Below, in pieces: positions 35,555 to 45,387 of a stretch of DNA of 64,000 bases (positions are counted from its first letter, which is position 1; every line of letters starts with the position of its first letter). Source of the stretch: Chlamydiota bacterium (GTDB lineage Bacteria > Chlamydiota > Chlamydiia > Chlamydiales > Rhabdochlamydiaceae); assembly GCA_013288895.1 (NCBI GenBank), contig JABDAY010000002.1, forward strand, positions 16,154-80,153, written 5' to 3'. The position numbers and the translations under genes are program-made. The notes under the pieces were generated by a model. The model worked only from the letters and a program-made list of their open reading frames with translations, was not told the origin of the DNA and searched no databases.

Positions 35555-35579
35555 AAGGTCATGATCTCATACAAACAAA

Positions 35580-35816
35580 TTGATGGCAATAGCCTTTTTG
35601 GGTATCATGTTTGAAAACGAAATTATTCTCGAATTAAAATCTGTTGAGTCAATTCTTCCAATCCATGAAGCGCAGCTTTTAACCTATTTGCGCCTAACAG
35701 GCAAACAAGTAGGCCTTCTTATTAACTTTAATGTTACGTGGCTCAAAAATGGAATTCACCGCCGTGTTTTAAATGCCAATGAAATTGACTACTCAGCTTG
35801 TATTACTAAAAGCTAA
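35580..35816 (+). pseudogene. C-terminal fragment of a GxxExxY-family (PD-(D/E)xK-like) protein
   Basis: IILELKSVESILPIHEAQLLTYLRLTGKQVGLLINFNV matches the C-terminal half of that family. The N-terminal half, including the eponymous motif, is missing. The only start is a TTG. Confidence 0.5.
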
Positions 35817-35822
35817 AAATTC

Positions 35823-35938
35823 CATCAGCGCAGAGTGGGGACTGAGACGCAGAGGACGCAGAGAAAAAAATAAAAAAATATCTTTTTCTCTGCGACCTCT
35901 GCGTCTCAGTCCCCACTCTGCGCTGATGAAATTCGGCC
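35823..35938. repeat. PAL-D near-perfect ~50-bp-arm palindrome (CATCAGCGCAGAGTGGGGACTGAGACGCAGAGGACGCAGAGAAAAA..mirror) flanked by AAATTC direct repeats
   Basis: The arms differ at one position. AAATTC is at 35817-35822 and 35939-35944. Confidence 0.75.
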
Positions 35939-36021
35939 TTCACAAAATAGGAACGTGTCATAATGAAGCATAAACCTCACCAAAAAGAAAAAAAAGCCCT
36001 GTTTTATTCACCAGCTTGTTA

Positions 36022-38634
36022 CTAAAAACTGTATTCTAAATGGACGTCGCCCTTTTGGGTGGCGACCTGGCCGTTAAGCTCGGCGCTGTAGCGCGCTCCT
36101 AACGACAGGTTGTTCTCTAGTAGCAAGTCTAATTCAGCGCCAGGAGACACCATCGTGATAGACTTATTCCAGCTTCTTACCTTGAAGTCTCCCTCCTGAC
36201 CTACGAAAGAAGACTTGTAATGGGAAATGTTCAAATAGGATTCATTCACGCAGCTCACCCAAATGGTGGGAATAAATAGGGGACACCCAAATGCTCCAGA
36301 ATGGGACAAGCTCAATCCCGCTTCGCTGCGAAGCATGTTGGAATTTTTTGCATGCACATCTAAATCTAAGCTCAGGGCCCCTTTTTCTTTAAAACCATTC
36401 TGACGCAAATACAAATAGTCGACGCTGGCAAAAGGACCAAACTCATAGTCGCAATGCTCAAAGGCGTATCCGCCTGCTAGATGACCCGTAAAATCATATC
36501 CTTTTGAATCGTGTTTGGCGGTGCGATCTACGGTAGGAAAGTTAATGAAACGAGAAGCGTCATAAGCATTGATGCCGCCCACTGCCGCAGCTTCGACGTA
36601 ATAATGGGCTTGTATCCAATTACCATAAATGCCCAAATGACCGCTATTGATATTTCCTCTGCCCCGATGGTGCTTCCACTTGATATGCTCTTTATCGTAA
36701 CCGCCACCGATTCCTAAAAGGAAACCGTTTTGAAAGGTATAATCCAGGCCGCCTAAAATCCCTATAGCATCTGCACGGAAGCCCACTTGTTCTCCCACTC
36801 TGTCTTGTTCGATACAATAGCCAAAAGGCTCAAGCCAGGCATTGAGTTGATTGCACTCACAGCAAGGGTTAATATTCATGGGGCAATTTGTTGATAGACG
36901 ATGATTAAAGATCTTGGAACCCAAGCTGCTTGTGTTTGCATTTAATAACTCAAATGCTCCGAAAATAGCTGGATGCAATTGATCGAGGGCAGCTGTAGGG
37001 TCGCTTAATGTTGTAAGAACGGTGCCGACGCTTAGAAGGTCAGGATCAGAATCCAAGTCGGCTGCTAGCAAATAACTGAGAACTTGCTGGGGATTATAAT
37101 GATTTACTGAAGCTGTAAAAATAAGCCCTGCATTTAAATAAGTTAAAACCACGGAATCAGAAAGATAATCAATACCAAAATTTAGTAGATAGCCAGCAGG
37201 GTTGGTAACAACTATTGGTTCGAATTTCCCTATCACTTCTCCAGCAGTTAAAATGGTGTAGGTTGTGCCCTTAATGTATGTTCCAGGAGCAGGGATGATA
37301 TTTAACTCGCCCGCCAGGTTTGCGACTCCTGTAACTATAATCTGATCTGTTCCTCCTGCAGCATTGATTTCGTCTTGATAACCACCCGTTGCGTATTGGG
37401 TATACGTTCCTTCAACCGTTATTGATCCAATGCTATTTCCAGGAGCTATTGTTCCATAGTTTGCTACATTGCCAACATATCCGTAACCCCCTAACGTTCC
37501 GGTGGGGTCGATCGTTATCAGGGAGGATGAAGCAATCGAACCATCGACAATCAATGTGCCCCCAGTGTTAATAAACGTTGGCCCTGAGTAAGTTTGCATA
37601 TTTGTAAGAGTGCATTGTCCTTCTTGTATGGTAACTTCGCCTAAGGCCATATCGCTGATGACACCATCAAAAGTAGTGTTCGCGCCGTTAGATCCAATGA
37701 TGAGCACTCCTCCACCAAGAGTTACACTTCCATCTCCAGAAAGGCCTCCTATTATTTGAATAGTCCCATTCAAATCAAAGGTCGCCATACTCTCAATTTG
37801 AACAGTACCCACTGGCGGAATAGCATATGAAACCCCAGCCTGCAAAATTCCTGGAGAAACCACCGTTCCTCCTGTGTATGTATTGACCCCATTCAAAGTC
37901 AACATTCCCATTCCACTTACAGTAAGTTGTCCAGGTCCGCTCATCACTGTGGTGTCGGTTGTAACTGTCATACTGTTAGTCCCAATAGTGAGTCCTCCAG
38001 GTTCAAGAACAAAATTTCCTGGCGTGAAACCTGTAATAGAAGGGATGCCCATAGGAAACAATTGTAGAATCCCTCCATCGAAACTGGCGCTACCAGTTGT
38101 CGTTGTTGCGAGAAGAGCTGTAAGTAGTTGTCCCCCACTACTTATATTCAATGTCCCTGTACCACCACTAATCCCTAAACCAACTGCAATTGAGACTACA
38201 CCTCCTTCAGAACTAATTGTAAAATTGCCAATACCATTGTTGCCAATAAAGAGCGAGTTGGTTTCAAGCAGCCATTCAGAGCCTGCGCCGGTCACAGTTC
38301 CGTTTCCTGTGGTCCCGGATGAATAGCCAAAATATGCCTCGGCGTTACTAGTTAAAGAAGCTCCGTCTTGAATCGTGAACGAAGCATCAGTTGCAGTCGT
38401 GTTACCAACTATTACCTGTCCAACATTTAAAGATCCTGAACTAAGATTGCAGGGAGTATTGATGTCAATAGTTGCCGTGTCCGTAGACATACTCGGATAT
38501 CCTGGAGTATCCCAATTTCCTGTCGTAGTCCATTCATTACCTCCAGCACCATCCGTCCAATTGTAAGATGTAGCAAACCCGAATTGGGATGCAAGAATAC
38601 AAAGAATGCTTAATCTAATATGTGTTGTAACCAT
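36022..38634 (-). CDS. Autotransporter outer-membrane protein: Gly/Thr-rich beta-helical passenger with a C-terminal beta-barrel
   Basis: Start at MVTTHIRLSILCILASQFGFA (38634). Repeats such as GGTGTLNISSGGQLL and LTLNGVNTYTGGTVVSPGILQAG. The barrel domain ends ..DVHLEYSF. Confidence 0.8.
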   Translation of the reverse strand: MVTTHIRLSILCILASQFGFATSYNWTDGAGGNEWTTTGNWDTPGYPSMSTDTATIDINTPCNLSSGSLNVGQVIVGNTTATDASFTIQDGASLTSNAEAYFGYSSGTTGNGTVTGAGSEWLLETNSLFIGNNGIGNFTISSEGGVVSIAVGLGISGGTGTLNISSGGQLLTALLATTTTGSASFDGGILQLFPMGIPSITGFTPGNFVLEPGGLTIGTNSMTVTTDTTVMSGPGQLTVSGMGMLTLNGVNTYTGGTVVSPGILQAGVSYAIPPVGTVQIESMATFDLNGTIQIIGGLSGDGSVTLGGGVLIIGSNGANTTFDGVISDMALGEVTIQEGQCTLTNMQTYSGPTFINTGGTLIVDGSIASSSLITIDPTGTLGGYGYVGNVANYGTIAPGNSIGSITVEGTYTQYATGGYQDEINAAGGTDQIIVTGVANLAGELNIIPAPGTYIKGTTYTILTAGEVIGKFEPIVVTNPAGYLLNFGIDYLSDSVVLTYLNAGLIFTASVNHYNPQQVLSYLLAADLDSDPDLLSVGTVLTTLSDPTAALDQLHPAIFGAFELLNANTSSLGSKIFNHRLSTNCPMNINPCCECNQLNAWLEPFGYCIEQDRVGEQVGFRADAIGILGGLDYTFQNGFLLGIGGGYDKEHIKWKHHRGRGNINSGHLGIYGNWIQAHYYVEAAAVGGINAYDASRFINFPTVDRTAKHDSKGYDFTGHLAGGYAFEHCDYEFGPFASVDYLYLRQNGFKEKGALSLDLDVHAKNSNMLRSEAGLSLSHSGAFGCPLFIPTIWVSCVNESYLNISHYKSSFVGQEGDFKVRSWNKSITMVSPGAELDLLLENNLSLGARYSAELNGQVATQKGDVHLEYSF

Positions 38635-38735
38635 AGTTCTTCCAAGATAGTATTTTACAGTTGTACAGGGCTTTTTTTTTGCGGTCAATAGAATTTAGAT
38701 TTGCTTGAAAAGCGGGGAGTGATAGGCTGTGAAGT

Positions 38736-39734
38736 ATGAGAAAAGCTTATACTTTTGATGATGTGGCCCTCGTGCCCCAGTTTAATAATGTGCCGTCGCG
38801 GACAGAGCCATCGCTTGAGACATGGCTTACGAAGAATAGAAAAATCGGGATCCCCCTTGTTTGCTCTAACATGGATACGGCTATTGGCGAGGAGCTTGCC
38901 GATATTCTTTTGGCAGAAGGCTCGCTGCCGATTTTTCATCGGTTTAGTCAAAAAGACAATCAACTTAAGTGGGTGAAGAAATATGGGCAGAACACTTTCA
39001 TCTCTTGCGGTATTCAAAAGATAGAGGATACGCGTGAACTTTTGGATGCGGGCGCAGCAGGAGTGTGTATCGATGTGGCTCATGGGCATTCTGACAAGAT
39101 GTTTAAGTTTATTCAGGAACTGAAAAAGACCCACCCCGATAAAGAGGTGATTGCCGGCAATGTATGTACAGCTATGGCCTATCATGATTTGGTTAACGCG
39201 GGAGCGGATGCGGTAAAAGTGGGGGTAGGCCCCGGCTCTGCTTGTACAACGAGGATTGTTACCGGTTTTGGCATTCCCCAGTTCACAGCGATCTATGATT
39301 GCGCGCAGGTTGCAGAGAAACTACGCGTTCCGCTGATTGCTGATGGAGGGATCCGCAATAGCCGCGATGTTGTTTTGGCCCTCGCTGCCGGAGCGAGCAC
39401 TGTGATGCTCGGCAAATTGTTTGCCCTAACTAATGAGAGCGCCGCCCAAAAAAGGAAAGGGGAGAAAGGGCTCGAGGCTAAGTACCGGGGACAGGCCAGC
39501 CAAGATTTTCAGGAGGATTTTTACGGTGGTCTCAAAGAAAAAACCGTTGCCGAGGGGATTTCCTTCTGGGCCCCGGTATCTGGCAGCGCAAAGCAACTGA
39601 TCTCACAGCTTTTAGGAGGACTCCGGAGCGGCCTTACTTACGGCGGGGCACGGAGCATCAAAGAGCTGCAGAGGAAAGCCGAGTTTGTCGAGGTCTCTTA
39701 TGCCTACATGCCCGAAAGCTACACAAGATCATAA
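38736..39734 (+). CDS. IMP dehydrogenase / GMP reductase family protein without CBS domains (GMP-reductase-like)
   Basis: [29 protein letters not shown] (catalytic Cys loop) and IADGGIR. 332 aa. Confidence 0.8.
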   Translation: MRKAYTFDDVALVPQFNNVPSRTEPSLETWLTKNRKIGIPLVCSNMDTAIGEELADILLAEGSLPIFHRFSQKDNQLKWVKKYGQNTFISCGIQKIEDTRELLDAGAAGVCIDVAHGHSDKMFKFIQELKKTHPDKEVIAGNVCTAMAYHDLVNAGADAVKVGVGPGSACTTRIVTGFGIPQFTAIYDCAQVAEKLRVPLIADGGIRNSRDVVLALAAGASTVMLGKLFALTNESAAQKRKGEKGLEAKYRGQASQDFQEDFYGGLKEKTVAEGISFWAPVSGSAKQLISQLLGGLRSGLTYGGARSIKELQRKAEFVEVSYAYMPESYTRS

Positions 39735-39917
39735 GAAACGCAAAACGCAAAACAAAAATCGCAAAACGAACGAAAGAGGAAATATAACAGGATATTAGGA
39801 TAAGCAGGATAACAAGAGAAAAAAAATATTTATCGTGTCCATCCTAATATCCTGTTATATTCCCTCTTCCGTCTTCGTTTCTTTAGTTTTGCGTTTTTTG
39901 TTTTGCGTTTTGCGTTT
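39735..39917. repeat. PAL-B element with a second perfect 21-bp inverted repeat nested at its apex
   Basis: The outer arm GAAACGCAAAACGCAAAACAAAAATCGCAAAAC pairs with its mirror on the right side. The inner inverted repeat is AATATAACAGGATATTAGGAT (39781-39801) / ATCCTAATATCCTGTTATATT (39841-39861). The element starts at the nucleotide after the stop at 39734. Confidence 0.8.
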
Positions 39918-39985
39918 TTTCAATCTTTTCTTTACAAATTAAAATAATTGTTATACATCTGCCTAAAAAGGAGGAATCGTATTGT

Positions 39986-40405
39986 ATGACACCAGGTAAA
40001 CAAAGAGAAGAACTGGAATTAGAGAACCGCGCTGACATTCTTGAACTGAACAGGATGAAAGAGAAGATCGAAGAGAACGTCAAAAAGATTAACAACGAAA
40101 ACAATCAGATTCTCGAGCTCAAAAAAGAGGAGAAAATCCTTCAAAACCGGATTGAGAGTAGAATCTCTGAAGGAGAAGCAAAAGACTATCACGAAAAGAT
40201 CAGTCAAATCAAACAACATATGCAGCAGCTTGCAATCACAGCTTCTCAAGCCATGAGACATAACAACGAGCTTATTCAAAAGCGCAATGAACTTGTTGAG
40301 AGGATAAACATGCGCGATTATATCCTCCGCCAATCAGAAGCCTCTCTGATGCGCGTCCCAGTCAAAAAAGTGAAACAACCCCGTTACATTTCTGAGGAAC
40401 CTTAG
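39986..40405 (+). CDS. Coiled-coil hypothetical protein
   Basis: 139 aa, charged and heptad-like. RBS AAAGGAGGA upstream. Confidence 0.5.
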   Translation: MTPGKQREELELENRADILELNRMKEKIEENVKKINNENNQILELKKEEKILQNRIESRISEGEAKDYHEKISQIKQHMQQLAITASQAMRHNNELIQKRNELVERINMRDYILRQSEASLMRVPVKKVKQPRYISEEP

Positions 40406-41964
40406 ACCAGAACATCCACAAGCTCGTGCTTGGGATTTTGCTTGATCGCGTATTGTTTATCCCAGGGGTTATTGAAAAGGGCCATGGAATTGCCTTGCTT
40501 GTCTTGCACTAAGGCAGCAGTTGAGGGTTTAACAAAGGTTTTCATGTCGCCGAGGATCCAGGCGCTGCATTGATAGGGGAGCATCGAAAGCCCGGTGTCT
40601 ACGCCGTATTCATCTCTAAGACGATATTGCATCACCTCAAACTGGAGTTGCCCTACCGCTGCGAAAATGACATCCCCTTCTCTTTCAATGGAGCGGAGAA
40701 GCTGGATCGCTCCTTCATTTGTGAGTTGTTCTATCCCTTTATCGAAGGCCTTACGTTTGCCCACATCTTTGGGATGAAGGCGGGCAAAAATTTCCGGCTG
40801 AAATTGAGGGAGGGGCTTAAAGTTAAAGCCTCCTGTAAGGGAAAGGGTGTCTCCAATGGCAAATGCGCCTGGGTTAATCACTCCTATAACATCGCCTGGA
40901 AAGGCAATGTCAAGCGTGCTCCGCTCTCCGGCTACCATCCCGTGTGGACGGGAGAGGCGGATCTCTTTTCCGAGGCGATGGTTTTTTACGATGAGATCTC
41001 TCTCAAACATGCCAGAGCAGATCCGTATGAACGCCATGCTGTCTCGGTGGCGTCTATCCATGTTCGCTTGCAACTTGAAGACATAGCCGCTAAAGGGGGT
41101 TTTAACGGGATCGATCTCAACCTCAGTTCCGTCGAGTTTATTTGCTATCCGGCCGTGAGGGCAGGGGGCTAGGTGAATAAATGCATCAAAGAAGGGTTCC
41201 ACACCAAAGTTTGTGAGGGCTGAGGCAAAAAATACAGGGGTGACCATCCCTTCTAGAAATTCTTCTTTGGAAAACACATTGCCAGCCATATCCAGAAGTT
41301 CAAGTTCGCTAAGGATTTCTGGAGGGATCTCTTTGACCCTTTTTATGTCAGCCTTTTGCGCGCCCCCAGTTGAGGTTTTGGTAAAATAGACCGATTCCTT
41401 TGCCTCTCTATCGTAAACACCCCGAAATTCTTTCCCCGTTCCAATAGGCCAGTTCATGGCGTAGGAATGGATTTGGAGGGTATTTTCTACTTCATTCATC
41501 AAGTCTAGAGGGTCTTTTGTGGGCATATCCATTTTGTTAATAAAGGTTAGCACGGGGATTTTACGGAAACGGCACACTTCGAAAAGTTTTAATGTTTGCT
41601 TTTCTACCCCTTTAGAAGCATCGATCACCATGATCGCGCAGTCAGCCGCGGTAAGGGTGCGGTAAGTGTCTTCAGAAAAATCTTCGTGGCCTGGGGTATC
41701 GAGCACGTTGATAATGGTGTCTTTGTAGGTGAATTGCATTGCCGAAGAGGTGATAGAGATCCCCCTTTCTTGCTCCATGGCCATCCAGTCAGACGCAGCT
41801 GCTTTCCTCCCTTTTCTCCCCTTTACCATTCCGGCGGTTTGGATCATGCCAGAGTAAAGTAAAAGTTTTTCTGTGAGGGTAGTTTTTCCAGCATCAGGGT
41901 GACTAATGATGGCAAATGTACGTCTTTTTTTGACTGCTTCTTGAATCAATTGTTCTTTATCCAT
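40402..41964 (-). CDS. prfC: Peptide chain release factor 3
   Basis: RRTFAIISHPDAGKTTLTEKLLL..DWMAMEQERGISITSS..LDTPGHEDF. 520 aa. Confidence 0.92.
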   Translation of the reverse strand: MDKEQLIQEAVKKRRTFAIISHPDAGKTTLTEKLLLYSGMIQTAGMVKGRKGRKAAASDWMAMEQERGISITSSAMQFTYKDTIINVLDTPGHEDFSEDTYRTLTAADCAIMVIDASKGVEKQTLKLFEVCRFRKIPVLTFINKMDMPTKDPLDLMNEVENTLQIHSYAMNWPIGTGKEFRGVYDREAKESVYFTKTSTGGAQKADIKRVKEIPPEILSELELLDMAGNVFSKEEFLEGMVTPVFFASALTNFGVEPFFDAFIHLAPCPHGRIANKLDGTEVEIDPVKTPFSGYVFKLQANMDRRHRDSMAFIRICSGMFERDLIVKNHRLGKEIRLSRPHGMVAGERSTLDIAFPGDVIGVINPGAFAIGDTLSLTGGFNFKPLPQFQPEIFARLHPKDVGKRKAFDKGIEQLTNEGAIQLLRSIEREGDVIFAAVGQLQFEVMQYRLRDEYGVDTGLSMLPYQCSAWILGDMKTFVKPSTAALVQDKQGNSMALFNNPWDKQYAIKQNPKHELVDVLV

Positions 41965-41981
41965 ATACTGGTGCGCATTAT

Positions 41982-43274
41982 ATGGTTTGGACTAAGATAG
42001 TTTCTATAGGTAAAAGTTTTTTGAGCCTTTCTACCATCGAAAGATGGTTTGTATTTTGCGCTATGGGGTGTGGCTTTTGCATCACCATGGACTATGCAAT
42101 CGTCAGGCCAGTCGGCAATTCCCTATTCATCCATGCTTATGGTGCCAAACTGTTCCCTTACGCCTGGCTCGCAGTTTTGCCCCTAAACGCCCTTATCATT
42201 TCCCTCTATAATTATTTTTTGCCCCGTTTAGGGTGTTATAAAATGTTTCTTTCCATTGTCCTAACCGTCATGGGAATAAATGTGTTTTGCGGCCTTTTTC
42301 TACAAAAACTTTTCTTCCTTCCCTTTATTTTTTATTGCTGGAAAGAAATTTATATTATGTTGATGTTCCAGCAGCTTTGGTCGGTGATCCATAGTACGAT
42401 TAACACTGACAAAGCCAAATATCTTTATGGCCTCTTTTTTGCGATGGGGGGATTAGGGGGCATGCTAGGAAGTATCCTCCCTGGTTTTTGTGCTGTCATG
42501 ATGGGCTCTGAGAGTCTGTTATTTGTTTCGATCCCGGTTTATATGACCTTGGCAGTTCTTTTTTATAACGTCGTTAAAAAAAGTGAGAAGGTGAGGGGAG
42601 AGGCGCATTTTACAGAAAACAGTAAAAAGCAAAAAACTTCGATTCTCGATGGGATGAAGATGATTAAATCCTCTCCACTTTTGAAGTTTATTCTATGCAT
42701 TGTGGTATTCATGCAGCTGATCGCCACAATTGTCGATTACCAGTTCAATGAGGCCTTGCAGTATGCTGTCAGCGATAAGGATCTGCGTACCGAATATGCA
42801 GGGAGGATACTCGGCATTGTGAATATGGCAACCGTGGTCTTCCAATTTGTTGGGGCGTTCCTTCTTGTCCATATCATGGGGCTGAAGAGGAGTCATTTCT
42901 TTGTTCCGGCGGTGCTCGGTGTATGTGTGATGGGTTCTCTCATGTTTCCTGTTTTTGGCCTGTTTGCCTTTTCCTACATTGCCGTAAAATCGTTCGACTT
43001 TTCCCTCTTTGGGGTGATCAAAGAGATGCTCTATATTCCTTGCGGGGTGGATCAAAAGTTCCGCGCAAAATCTGTGATTGATGTCTTTGCTTACAGAACG
43101 GCCAAAGCTCTTGGTTCAGCGATTATCCTCTTCTTTCAGTTTGTCCTCGCATCCAGTATTATCCCCGTCCTTACCTGGACCCTCGTGGTCATCTTTGCCA
43201 TGTGGCTTATCGCCGTCGCCCGCATGTTCAAAAGCTACGATGCAGCTTTTGTACCCTCCTCAGAATCTGTTTGA
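41982..43274 (+). CDS. Multi-pass membrane protein, distant NTT/Tlc-like or MFS-type transporter
   Basis: 430 aa, ~11-12 TM. The N-terminal pattern IERWFVFCAMGCGFCITMDYAIVRPVGNSLFI parallels that of the NTT at 30695-32200. The assignment is tentative. Confidence 0.45.
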   Translation: MVWTKIVSIGKSFLSLSTIERWFVFCAMGCGFCITMDYAIVRPVGNSLFIHAYGAKLFPYAWLAVLPLNALIISLYNYFLPRLGCYKMFLSIVLTVMGINVFCGLFLQKLFFLPFIFYCWKEIYIMLMFQQLWSVIHSTINTDKAKYLYGLFFAMGGLGGMLGSILPGFCAVMMGSESLLFVSIPVYMTLAVLFYNVVKKSEKVRGEAHFTENSKKQKTSILDGMKMIKSSPLLKFILCIVVFMQLIATIVDYQFNEALQYAVSDKDLRTEYAGRILGIVNMATVVFQFVGAFLLVHIMGLKRSHFFVPAVLGVCVMGSLMFPVFGLFAFSYIAVKSFDFSLFGVIKEMLYIPCGVDQKFRAKSVIDVFAYRTAKALGSAIILFFQFVLASSIIPVLTWTLVVIFAMWLIAVARMFKSYDAAFVPSSESV

Positions 43275-43293
43275 AATCTTTATAAAAATTTAA

Positions 43294-43366
43294 GATCGGT
43301 TAAGGTTATGGATTTTCGAGGCAGCATTTCGTAACCGTAACCGTATGCGTAACCGATTTTTTCTTA
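43294..43366. repeat. PAL-C element: left arm decayed, right arm CGTAACCGTAACCGTATGCGTAACCGAT intact
   Basis: Lies between convergent genes. The T-rich flank runs into the stop at 43369. Confidence 0.55.
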
Positions 43367-43368
43367 TC

Positions 43369-45387
43369 TTAAGGAATCACTGCATTGTAGGGGATGCCGA
43401 CAGAGGTGCCCGTTGCACTGACAGAATATAAGATATAAGTGAATGTACCACTGGTTCCCGGCAGTGAGGTGTCTATAAAAGTTTGATCTTCGATACAAGT
43501 GCCTTGCCACATGGGAACGTTGAGCCAATTATTGATTTGGTAATACAAAACTGGGTATGGATCAGCTGGCGAGTCCCAGGTTAGTGTAATTTGTGTTTTA
43601 TCAGCAGAATAAGTTGATTGAATATTGATTGGTGGTTGACAGCCGATAGAAGCAATATTGCATTGTCTACTGCCTTGGCTCACTCCACATCCCGTGTTGT
43701 TAATCATATTCGAAATACTCGAGCTACCATTGCCATTTAGCCAAAAACCTATGACGTGTGCCACTGAAACGCCTGCATTGGGTGGAATAGAAATAGCCGT
43801 ACTTAAAGTGACATCATTGTTAAAATTAGAATAAGAACCCATGCCAATAGCTGTATGATTTAAGACGTTGCTAGCGACTTGATATTGGGGATATCCGTTC
43901 GCTGACCCATCCATCCATGCCTGTTGGTTAGGAACATCATAGGGGGCTTCATTTTGGAACTCATACACGGAACCATTATTCCCATTCCATAAAACATTGA
44001 CCTGTTGAAAATGCTCGACCTGGAGATTATAAGCAGTGACATTATTACCATTGACGATGAGGCCATTATTTGCCGTGTTTACAGTCCAGCCCACGTTAGA
44101 GCCGTGGTCTGCACGCCAGATCCAGCTGTTGTCTAACACAACATCATTACTGTTGATTGTGATACAGCTGACTGCTTTACTTTGATAGTTATTCGGTCCG
44201 CCCACGCGGCAAAAGATATCATATAAAAAAACAGGATTCGTATGTGTATTCGTATTTGTTGCAGGACCCACTTGTAATAAAGTTGGTGCCGGTACTGCTC
44301 CACCGTCAATTAAAAGCCCCGCTACTTGAACACCTTCCACATCACTAATCAGCAAGGTAGGTAATCCAGTGTCAGATACAAGGGTAGGAAAGCCAAGTCC
44401 AAACAGGAGCGTATTTGCATTTGTTACACGAATAGTATCTGTTAAATGGTAAACGCCCGGCGTGAAGAGGATGTTTTGACCTTTCTGAAGTGCTGCATTG
44501 ATCGTAGCCGCTGTATCACTGCCGCTAGTAATATAAAAATCAGAGAGGGGGATCTGGGTGCCTGCTGCTGCAATATCTAGCCCCTTCATGTTTGTATTTA
44601 AGGGACGGGCATTCACGACAAATTGATTGGTGGTGGTGTTAAACTCGAGAAAGGGTTTCTCTTGAATAATAGGGGTTTCATCAATAATAGAATAAGCTGG
44701 ACTGGGCCAGCTGCCGCATGGAATAGAGCCAATATCACCAAGGAAAACCATGTTCCAGTTACTCCCATTCCAATTTCCAAAAACTGTGTTGCGAGTCAAA
44801 TATTGTTGTTGGGTTCCAGAATAGATCGTTCCATTAATCATCGAATTTGCGATAAAACCTCCGCTAGAATAGCCCACGTCATATAGGCGTAAGGAGCCAT
44901 TCATGATATGCACCCGTCGTAGGGGACATCCTTGAGAACAAGCCCATACGTTCTGGTCAAGGGGGACGTTGGAGCCCGCTGTTAAAGAGCCTAAGGTGGG
45001 TATGATGGAAAGGTTTTCAATGCTACGCCAAAAAGTTTCTGTTGCGCCAGCTCCCCCTGGCCTATCCTGTGTTCTCACAGCACCCTGAATGATCACATCT
45101 TCGGGTGTTTGGCCTACACCTAACACTTGTGTATAAAAACCCACGCGCACGTCAATATTTGTTGTTTTGCCGTAAGTCCCTGGCATAAAAATAAAGGCAT
45201 AACGCTGATCGCCAAAATCATTATAAATCTGTTGTGCATAGATGGTTTGTATAGTCGCGTTGATAGTACTTGGGGCCATAGTCGGATCAAATATGATCAC
45301 ATTAGATCCAAAAGGATTTACCGTAGCAAAGGCATACAGCGGAAAAAAAAGTAAAAATAAAATAAAATTTTTAGCCATGCTTTTCAT
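43369..45387 (-). CDS. Secreted protein with a probable right-handed beta-helix (pectate-lyase-like) body and a C-terminal FN3-like domain
   Basis: Signal peptide FILFLLFFPLYAFA. N-terminal pattern FDPTM..INATIQTIYAQQ..FGDQRYAFIFMPGTY..VGFYTQVLGVG..FWRSIENLSI. C-terminus ITLTWDSP..YYQI..YILYSVSATGTSVG. Confidence 0.55.
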   Translation of the reverse strand: MKSMAKNFILFLLFFPLYAFATVNPFGSNVIIFDPTMAPSTINATIQTIYAQQIYNDFGDQRYAFIFMPGTYGKTTNIDVRVGFYTQVLGVGQTPEDVIIQGAVRTQDRPGGAGATETFWRSIENLSIIPTLGSLTAGSNVPLDQNVWACSQGCPLRRVHIMNGSLRLYDVGYSSGGFIANSMINGTIYSGTQQQYLTRNTVFGNWNGSNWNMVFLGDIGSIPCGSWPSPAYSIIDETPIIQEKPFLEFNTTTNQFVVNARPLNTNMKGLDIAAAGTQIPLSDFYITSGSDTAATINAALQKGQNILFTPGVYHLTDTIRVTNANTLLFGLGFPTLVSDTGLPTLLISDVEGVQVAGLLIDGGAVPAPTLLQVGPATNTNTHTNPVFLYDIFCRVGGPNNYQSKAVSCITINSNDVVLDNSWIWRADHGSNVGWTVNTANNGLIVNGNNVTAYNLQVEHFQQVNVLWNGNNGSVYEFQNEAPYDVPNQQAWMDGSANGYPQYQVASNVLNHTAIGMGSYSNFNNDVTLSTAISIPPNAGVSVAHVIGFWLNGNGSSSISNMINNTGCGVSQGSRQCNIASIGCQPPINIQSTYSADKTQITLTWDSPADPYPVLYYQINNWLNVPMWQGTCIEDQTFIDTSLPGTSGTFTYILYSVSATGTSVGIPYNAVIP

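Noticed and set aside
38685-39185. The 166-aa minus-strand ORF opposite the IMPDH/GMPR-family gene. Similar antisense ORFs include 973-1341, 40570-41172, 37874-38326, 10815-11171 and 19934-20401.
   Set aside because: They lie entirely antisense to genes with unmistakable family motifs. They show low-complexity or odd composition and no RBS.
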